NCBI GenBank assembly: GCA_963773065.1
Contig: CAVYZN010000005.1
Location: 32,001 to 96,000, forward strand
DNA length: 64,000 nt
Origin: an uncultured Gammaproteobacteria bacterium
GTDB lineage: Bacteria; Pseudomonadota; Gammaproteobacteria; UBA9214
Direction of reading: 5' to 3'
Shown here: piece by piece, positions 57,324 to 64,000 of the stretch
Layout of the letters: each line of letters begins with the position of its first letter
How positions within the stretch are numbered: the stretch's first letter is position 1
Notes under the pieces: generated by a model
Seen by the model: the letters and a program-made list of their open reading frames with translations, nothing else
Databases searched by the model: none
Told to the model about the DNA's origin: nothing
Position numbers and translations under genes: made by a program

Positions 57324-59588
57324 TTACGCCAGGGGGGAGGATGATGCCTTTGCCAGCCAGCTGGCGAAGTGTTCTTTGGGTAGCGGATGACTGACATGGA
57401 AACCCTGTGCTGAATCACAGCCTAGATTATTCAGCATGTCCCAGGCCAAGACGCTTTCAACACCTTCGGCCACAACCTTGTAGCCAAGGTTGTGGCCCAG
57501 ATCGATGATCGAGCGCACAATGGCGATATCCTGGTTGTCGAAGGCAACATCGATGATGAATGACTGATCAATCTTGAGTGTGTGGATAGGCAGCCGTTTC
57601 AGGTAGGACAGGGATGAATAGCCGGTACCGAAATCGTCAATCGCAGTACTCACACCGAAATCGGATAACCTGGCCAGTACATCTGCAGCCCGCTCCAGGT
57701 CGAGCATCAAGGTTGCTTCGGTAATCTCGATCTCGAGATTCTCCCCGCTGATCCCCGCTTCCTGCAGAGCCCATTTGATCTTGTCCACCAGTCGCGGGCT
57801 CTGAAAGGATCGTGCAGAGACATTCACGGAGACCGGGACCGTGGTCCCGTTGTATGCCCATTGTTTGCACTGCTGCAGTGCCGTAACCAGAACCCAGTCA
57901 GTTATCGGGGATATCATCCCCAGCTGTTCGGCAACGGGGATGATGCGCTTGGGAAACACGGTTCCTTCCAGGGGGTGCTGCCAGCGCAGTAATGCCTCGG
58001 CGCCGGTAATCAGCGATGTCCGCAGATCCACCTGTGGCTGGTAGTGCAGCACAAATTCATTGTTATCGAGCGCACTCTGGATCTGGCCCGAATAGCGCAG
58101 CTGTTCGGCCGGACTGACATCGCTTACCGGGTCGAAATACTGATAGGGCAAACTGTTTCGCTTGGCGCGATACATCGCGCTCTCTGCGTTGGTAAGCAAC
58201 GCCTCCTCGTTCGCGCCATGGTCGGGGAAACAGGCCACACCTATTGTTATGCTGACACACAGCTGTTTGTCCGAACAGGAGAATGGCATATCGAAACAAT
58301 CAAGCACCTGGGTGATCACGCGTTCCGAGGCGGTTCTGGCGTCATTAACGGGTGAGAGGAGAATACCGAACTGATCGCCACCGAGGCGGGCCAGGGAGTC
58401 CGATTCGCGCACGACAGATCTGAGACGATCGGCAATCTCCTGCAGCAGCAGATCGCCGATATCGCGTCCCAGTGTATCGTTGTACATCTTGAAATGGTTG
58501 ATATCGAGGGAAATCACCGCGACCTGTGATCCAGGCACTCGTCGTGAGGACGCCAATGCCAAATTCAAGTGATCGGCCCACAGCGTCCGATTCGGCAAAT
58601 GCGTCAAGCTGTCTGTCGTGCTCAACTGCTCAAGCCGTTTGCGTTCACTGATGGCATGATTGATATCTTCAAGCAGACAGTGGATCTTAACCGGGCGGCC
58701 ACGCTGATTCAGGGACGGATACAGCGACAATCGATACCAGTGTTCAAATGCATCATCCAGGGATATCCGTATTTCACTGGCAGAGGTATTGCCGTTGACC
58801 GCTTCCTGCCATGCCGTCAGCAGCAACTGCTGGTCCTCGGCATGCGTGTTTTGCAAAAATGGAAATGGTGCCTCTATCCCTTCTGGATAAAGTGCGTGTA
58901 ATGGATAATTGGCATACTGAACCCGGTTACTCTTGATATCCACACTCCAGAGCAATTGCGGCAGTTCTGACAGGAGGTTCTCGATACTCGCATGCTGTTG
59001 GCATACGTGGGCCAATTCTCCACGCGCCTCGTCCAGCGAGGCGTTCCAATACCCCTCGGATATCAGGCCGATATCACGCAACGACAGTTTCACAATGACG
59101 GATTCCAGCCGGTTTCGATCCGCAGTGCTAATATCCTGTTCAGCCACTAGATTACGAAGGAAATCCATTAACAGTAGGTATGCGCCCGTGACCCAGACCG
59201 GCTTGATCCCTCTTGCGTAGCGTGTCTCGCCCTCGCGAATCAGTTCCATTTCACGTTTCCCATCCTCCTGGACAGAAAAGAGTTTGAGCATGAAAGTGAG
59301 TTCTTCACGAATCGTGTCGCTGACATCGCCACCCTCACGCTCATCCGCATAGAGAACATCAGCGATATCGGGATTATCGAAGAGGTAGTTGTAATAGACC
59401 TCGGCAAATCGTGCTGTGCCCGCAGCAACAATTTCCCGGTATTGACTCAGAAATGCCAGATCATCATTAGAAATATGAAGAACATATTTATATTCCTTCA
59501 CATGAAGGTCTGGTCTGGATTGCTGATCAGGATCACCAGCACATCCACTTCCGCTCCCCCGTCGACTATTCTTGTTTTTCTCTGCCAT
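57324..59588 (-). CDS. Globin-like sensor-PAS-GGDEF-EAL protein, probable c-di-GMP phosphodiesterase
   Basis: Protoglobin-like N-terminus (FAEVYYNYL...GIKPVWVTGAY), PAS-like segment, TDSLTHLPNR, RxxD then GGDQF, EAL with EITE, DDFGTGYSS and AEGVE. Confidence 0.9.
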   Translation of the reverse strand: MAEKNKNSRRGSGSGCAGDPDQQSRPDLHVKEYKYVLHISNDDLAFLSQYREIVAAGTARFAEVYYNYLFDNPDIADVLYADEREGGDVSDTIREELTFMLKLFSVQEDGKREMELIREGETRYARGIKPVWVTGAYLLLMDFLRNLVAEQDISTADRNRLESVIVKLSLRDIGLISEGYWNASLDEARGELAHVCQQHASIENLLSELPQLLWSVDIKSNRVQYANYPLHALYPEGIEAPFPFLQNTHAEDQQLLLTAWQEAVNGNTSASEIRISLDDAFEHWYRLSLYPSLNQRGRPVKIHCLLEDINHAISERKRLEQLSTTDSLTHLPNRTLWADHLNLALASSRRVPGSQVAVISLDINHFKMYNDTLGRDIGDLLLQEIADRLRSVVRESDSLARLGGDQFGILLSPVNDARTASERVITQVLDCFDMPFSCSDKQLCVSITIGVACFPDHGANEEALLTNAESAMYRAKRNSLPYQYFDPVSDVSPAEQLRYSGQIQSALDNNEFVLHYQPQVDLRTSLITGAEALLRWQHPLEGTVFPKRIIPVAEQLGMISPITDWVLVTALQQCKQWAYNGTTVPVSVNVSARSFQSPRLVDKIKWALQEAGISGENLEIEITEATLMLDLERAADVLARLSDFGVSTAIDDFGTGYSSLSYLKRLPIHTLKIDQSFIIDVAFDNQDIAIVRSIIDLGHNLGYKVVAEGVESVLAWDMLNNLGCDSAQGFHVSHPLPKEHFASWLAKASSSPLA

Positions 59589-59655
59589 CTGGTTTGTTGC
59601 TTTATTATTTAGTGCCAATTAATTGGCATATGTATTTGAAGGCACATGCGGACTG

Positions 59656-59670
59656 GCAGGACACGTGCCC
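59656..59670 (-). promoter_or_regulatory. Candidate sigma54 promoter of the globin-GGDEF-EAL gene
   Basis: GGGCACG-TGTC-CTGC, GG-N10-GC spacing, about 68 nt upstream of the ATG. Confidence 0.5.
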
Positions 59671-59900
59671 AAATATTGTTTAATAAATACATGCCAACCC
59701 GCTATCTCACAGAAAGCTGTTGCGGGTGTATTTCTGTATAGAAATGTGCAATGGAATAGATAGCCCCATTGATTATTATTCTATTAAGCGGAATCTATCA
59801 CAGTCGAAGGTACGTATAAAGACTGATTGGGCATAATACATGGGGAAAGGAATCCATAGATCAGAAATTCTGCATGCAAAACCGCAAAATGATCCCGGAG

Positions 59901-61331
59901 TTATGACATGGCGGCGACTCTTTGCAATCCATATTTCCGCAATTTCTCTACCAGAGTGGTACGACGCATGCCCAAACGTTTTGCCGCATGGGCGACCACG
60001 CCGCCGGTATCATTCAATGCTTGCTTGATGTAATTAATCTCCAGGGTACTGAGGTGTTCCTTCAGATTCAAACCGTCGCGAGGCAGGCGTGGATCGAGAT
60101 CGTCAGAAGTAACTGGAGTACCGACTAGCGCCTCTCCAATCAGTTCCATATCAATTTCTTCATCAAGTTTGAACTTTTCGGGTAAGTCACCGGCTTCCAC
60201 GACCCCGTAGGGATGCAGGATGGCCAGGCGTTCTATCAGGTTTGCAAGTTCACGGACATTTCCTGGCCACGTGTACTGACAGAGGGTATAGATTGCACCG
60301 GGTGATAATCTGACCGAACCACGTCTTTCATGCTCGATGCGTCGTACCAACTCATTGACGAGAAGAGGGATATCCTCTAGCCGCACACGTAATGGCGGCA
60401 TTTCTATCGGAAAAACGTTTAGTCGATAGTACAGGTCTTCACGAAATCCACCGTCTCTGATTGCCGATTCGAGATCCCGATGCGTTGCCGCAATTATTCT
60501 CACATTTGTTGTAAGGCTTGTATTGGACCCAACCCGTTCGAATGTTCTTTCCTGCAACACCCTCAATATCTTGACCTGCATAGCAAGGCTCATGTCACCG
60601 ATTTCATCAAGAAACAGCGTGCCACCCTCGGCCATTCCAAAGCGTCCTTCGCGCGCGGTGATAGCTCCGGTGAAAGCGCCCTTTTCGTGACCGAATAGCT
60701 CGGATTCCAGCAAATCAGCAGGAATTGCCCCACAATTCACTGGTACAAACGGTTTGCCACGACGCGCGGAGTGGTAATGAAGATTTCTTGCAACAACTTC
60801 CTTGCCTGTCCCCGACTCACCGAGGATAAGTACATTCGCCTCACTGTCAGCAACCTGTTCAATCATTTTTCTGACGTGCTGAATTGCACGGCTGCTCCCT
60901 ACCAGGCTGCGAAAGAGATCAACCGGCCGATGAGTTGTTTCGGACAGGCGATGCGATTCGGCATAAACCTCCGCCCGATGGATCGCACTCGTCAATTGTG
61001 CGTAATTGGGAGGAATATCGAGACGACCGAGAATGCAGGATCCTGAATCGATTGTGACGGTTGGCTCTCTACCCTTCTGACTCAGCAGATAGATGGGAAG
61101 ATTCTCATTGAACTGATGGATCTCGTTAAGCAACATGCCAAGCCTGTTGTCTGCATGACACGATCCCACCATCACGGCCAGGATATCGGGAGCATCCTGT
61201 ACCGACTGTTCCCATAGCAAACAATCATGTACAACAATCGGTGAATAGTTGATGAACTTGAGAATTGCACACAGTTCCTTTGCATTCTCCGGATCAGCCT
61301 CAATTATCAGAACCTTGGGATCATTTAGCAT
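59901..61331 (-). CDS. fleQ: Sigma54-dependent activator FleQ/FlrA
   Basis: FleQ-type N-domain, LFRS, ARN and ExxxR c-di-GMP motifs, [15 protein letters not shown]-terminal [15 protein letters not shown]. Confidence 0.93.
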   Translation of the reverse strand: MLNDPKVLIIEADPENAKELCAILKFINYSPIVVHDCLLWEQSVQDAPDILAVMVGSCHADNRLGMLLNEIHQFNENLPIYLLSQKGREPTVTIDSGSCILGRLDIPPNYAQLTSAIHRAEVYAESHRLSETTHRPVDLFRSLVGSSRAIQHVRKMIEQVADSEANVLILGESGTGKEVVARNLHYHSARRGKPFVPVNCGAIPADLLESELFGHEKGAFTGAITAREGRFGMAEGGTLFLDEIGDMSLAMQVKILRVLQERTFERVGSNTSLTTNVRIIAATHRDLESAIRDGGFREDLYYRLNVFPIEMPPLRVRLEDIPLLVNELVRRIEHERRGSVRLSPGAIYTLCQYTWPGNVRELANLIERLAILHPYGVVEAGDLPEKFKLDEEIDMELIGEALVGTPVTSDDLDPRLPRDGLNLKEHLSTLEINYIKQALNDTGGVVAHAAKRLGMRRTTLVEKLRKYGLQRVAAMS

Positions 61332-61938
61332 TTGTTTTACCTAAGGAATTATCTGGCCTGCCGATTATTCTAAATTCTTGACGATATTTAAAGTTTTTTT
61401 CACTTTCTCTCAATCGAGCTACCTAGCGGTTTAAAATAAAGTCAAATTACCGTCATATCCACACCGGAAATCGGTAATGATTTAAAATCAACAGATGTAC
61501 AGGATCCACTGATTGCGTTCATATTTACATTTACGCATGATGAGCATTATATCAGCCCCGAAAAAAAATACTCCCTCGCCTGAATCATTTATTCAGGTTA
61601 CGTCATTGTGTCGGGCACCCCCTGAAAGGCTGACTTCTACACGCCGACTTTCATCTGCCCTCAACCCTCATACTCCTCCGGGATTGCAAATACTGACCGG
61701 ACCATCACTTCATCTAGACACCCAGTACGCGCAAATTACCCTTGAGTCCAAAATTCACAATGGAAACCATACAGCACAAACCTAGGTCGGTCACTTGAAA
61801 AAAGTCGAGGGTACTTACCATGTTGATCTGCCACATGCGGCAGTCCATAAATAGCGAGCGAATAAACATTGGTGTGATCGCGACCGACTGAGTCAACTTC
61901 GAAACCTGAAACTCTGGAATGCCGAAGCGTTTTTGGAT

Positions 61939-61954
61939 TGGCACTTTGTGCGCA
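61939..61954 (+). promoter_or_regulatory. Candidate sigma54 promoter upstream of flgM
   Basis: TGGCAC-TTTGT-GCGCA, GG-N10-GC spacing. Confidence 0.5.
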
Positions 61955-61971
61955 TAGCCACAAAAATTCGT

Positions 61972-61998
61972 TAAACTACGAAAATCAACAGACGATAA
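61972..61998 (+). promoter_or_regulatory. Sigma28 promoter upstream of flgM
   Basis: TAAA-N15-GACGATAA, one mismatch to TAAA-N15-GCCGATAA. Confidence 0.75.
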
Positions 61999-62077
61999 CC
62001 TAGCATGTGTCATGGATGAACAAACAAAGACTTGGAACCAAATTCGAAAAGCCCACGAAAGATAACCTGGACACAAT

Positions 62078-62245
62078 ATGTTCAATAAGTTGCCTAATTC
62101 TCCTGAAATTGATGATCGCCGAATCAATATCATTCGCACACAACTTGATGAAGATATCTATGTCGTGAATAGCCGTCAGATTGCGGACAAAATAATTGAC
62201 ATCGAGCTTGCACTTTCAAATTCAAAGAAACCATCCAATTGCTGA
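62078..62245 (+). CDS. flgM: FlgM-like anti-sigma28 factor, C-terminal half only (55 aa). May start at 62016 if one base is missing
   Basis: Hand translation MFNKLPNSPEIDDRRINIIRTQLDEDIYVVNSRQIADKIIDIELALSNSKKPSNC matches the FlgM pattern PE(V/I)DxxR(V/I)xxI(K/R)...YxV(N/D)xxxIAxK. Sigma28 promoter upstream. Below the ORF-track size cutoff. Confidence 0.78.
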   Translation: MFNKLPNSPEIDDRRINIIRTQLDEDIYVVNSRQIADKIIDIELALSNSKKPSNC

Positions 62246-62403
62246 TATGCACCATGGTCCCGATTGCCCTGACCTGTGATAGTACTCCGAATTAACCATC
62301 ATATTTCGCATCGACCTTGCCGTACGTATGGAAGTAATATCCGTGTCGATGCTAGAATCTATCGTTCTATTGATTCCTTAGCCAGTATTATTTACGAATC
62401 ACC

Positions 62404-62479
<76 letters not shown>

Positions 62480-62484
62480 AAATT

Positions 62485-62510
62485 AATGGCCAGACTGAAT
62501 CTGGCCATTT
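62485..62510 (+). terminator. Stem-loop between the two tRNAs (terminator or processing signal)
   Basis: AATGGCCAGA-CTGAA-TCTGGCCATT perfect 10-bp stem. Confidence 0.5.
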
Positions 62511-62528
62511 GATTTATACGGAGCCACT

Positions 62529-62604
62529 GTCCCGGTAGCTCAGTGGATAGAGCAAGCGCCTCCTAAGCGCTAGGTCGGAGGTTCGATTCCTCTCCGGGAC
62601 GCCA
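62529..62604 (+). tRNA. tRNA-Arg(CCT)
   Basis: Anticodon loop CTCCTAA, GTTCGAT T-loop, CCA end. Confidence 0.95.
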
Positions 62605-62978
62605 TATATACGGGGTTTCAACGCACGGATATCCATTACACAGTTACGTTTCCATTGACTAGGTGATGCAGGGGTAGTAAAGAACTAGGCAAGAGTGCTT
62701 TCACCATCGGCCGGTTTCGTCAGGCTGAACATCCATAACAGCAAACTCGATAATATCCTTACACCATGATGAGGTTACACCATCCCATGGCTGTCAGGCA
62801 GTCTCTCGACTCACAGTATCGACCTATACGGACACAACCGGCACCTAATGTGCAATGGGGTTTTAGTGCTGCACCATACCCACGCAAGCAATAGCCAAAA
62901 AGTATTTCACTTGTTATCGTTTTAGCCATATCCGTCTTATATAACCTGTCTTAATATAACCTGATCAGATTTGCCATC

Positions 62979-64000
62979 ATGCTGACTTGTAGATATCGAT
63001 CCATAGTCTTCTTTCTCTTCCATGTACTGATCGCCAGTATCTCCGGTTGCGGGATTCTAGGAGACACACATGTCGTGAACGCTGATGCCGCCTCGTCCCC
63101 ACACCAGGTCGATGTCTACTTCGTAACTGACCGCACACCAGATGCCGACAGCCGCACGTATTTCGGGGTTGAACGGGGTGAGATCAGCTACGGAATAACT
63201 CACGTTGGCATACCCCCCGGCCATCTGATGGGCCGGCAGGAAGAGCCGTCTCTATTCAAGTTCGAGTCCTCGGCCGATGAACATAAACACATCAAGGTTC
63301 GCGACGTCATGACGCTGACCAGGGATGACTTCCTCCGGCGCCTCACCCTGGCCGTTGCCGGGTCACCCGGTGGCAAGATCATGATTTTTGTCCATGGCTA
63401 CAATGTTGAGTTTCCCGAGGCTAGTCGTGTTGTGGCGCAATTTGCCAATGACCTCAAGTTCACTGGTCCCGTCATACTGTTCAGTTGGCCATCGCAAGGC
63501 AGTCTGACCGGCTACACCGTGGACGAAACCAACGCGGAATGGGCACAGGCCGACTTTGTCCAGTTGCTTACTACGCTGCTCGATACCATTCCGGCACAGA
63601 ACATTTATCTGGTCGGCCACAGCATGGGCAACCGGGTCATTGGACGAGCCATGACATCCCTTGCAAGCGACCGCCCGGATGGTGATCTCATCGTATTCCG
63701 CGAAATTGTCATGATCGCGCCCGACATCGATACCGATGTTTTCCGTCTGGATATGGCGCCGCGCCTTGCGCGTACTGGGATCCACGTGACGGTCTATGCC
63801 TCGTCCAACGATCGTGCGCTGATGGCTTCAAAGGCATTCCACGGCTATCCGCGTGCCGGTGAAACCGGGGAGGGACTGGTCGTGGTGAACGGGGTGGAAA
63901 CGGTGGATGCCAGTGATGTCTACGGTGGACTGTTGGGGCATTCCTACTTTGCCGAAGACCGGCGCATCATGGAAGATATCTTTGCACTTCTGCAAACCGG
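62979..64000 (+). CDS. DUF900-type alpha/beta hydrolase lipoprotein, truncated by the window end
   Basis: Hand translation: lipobox ISGC, VYFVTDR, FVHGYN, FSWPS, GHSMG nucleophile elbow, APDID, GHSYF. No stop before base 64000, so absent from the ORF track. Confidence 0.85.
   Translation, partial: MLTCRYRSIVFFLFHVLIASISGCGILGDTHVVNADAASSPHQVDVYFVTDRTPDADSRTYFGVERGEISYGITHVGIPPGHLMGRQEEPSLFKFESSADEHKHIKVRDVMTLTRDDFLRRLTLAVAGSPGGKIMIFVHGYNVEFPEASRVVAQFANDLKFTGPVILFSWPSQGSLTGYTVDETNAEWAQADFVQLLTTLLDTIPAQNIYLVGHSMGNRVIGRAMTSLASDRPDGDLIVFREIVMIAPDIDTDVFRLDMAPRLARTGIHVTVYASSNDRALMASKAFHGYPRAGETGEGLVVVNGVETVDASDVYGGLLGHSYFAEDRRIMEDIFALLQT

Noticed and set aside
61441-61454. Autoregulatory FleQ box upstream of fleQ (GACGGTAATTTGAC on the minus strand)
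   Set aside because: Only one good half-site in AT-rich DNA, too weak to call.
61500-61935. Remnants of flgA, fliS or fliT, or real ORFs, between fleQ and flgM
   Set aside because: No recognisable flagellar motifs in the frames examined. A translated search would be needed to exclude them.

Overview
GC-rich gammaproteobacterial chromosome segment (Chromatiales/Thiotrichales-like gene order; inferred, not searched). Bases 1-55550 are mostly core genes: ppiD-tRNAs-hupB-lon-clpX-clpP-tig, five more tRNAs, cysS/ppi/lpxH, leuCDB-asd-fimV-truA-trpFBA-accD-folC-dedD-cvpA-purF-metZ, prmB-aroC, SCO/PCuAC/psd, an ECF sigma/anti-sigma/DUF3106 unit, suhB, queA-tgt-yajC-secDF, glgP-malQ-glgC-glgB and amrB-amrA. 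About eight genes carry a single +1 frameshift, most likely sequencing error. The most interesting part is the AT-richer 55.5-62.3 kb block, which holds the regulators of the polar-flagellum cascade with no flagellar structural or chemotaxis genes in the window. It contains FleQ, a split FliA, an uncalled short FlgM with sigma54 and sigma28 promoter motifs, and a 37-residue flhG/fleN 3' remnant sitting directly behind a sigma54 promoter and FleQ-like box. A globin-PAS-GGDEF-EAL protein and an unknown membrane protein occupy the usual fleSR and cheYZA positions. A 65-aa ORF elsewhere in the window has a sigma28-type promoter. A nest of about 50-bp palindromic mini-elements lies between two tRNA genes.
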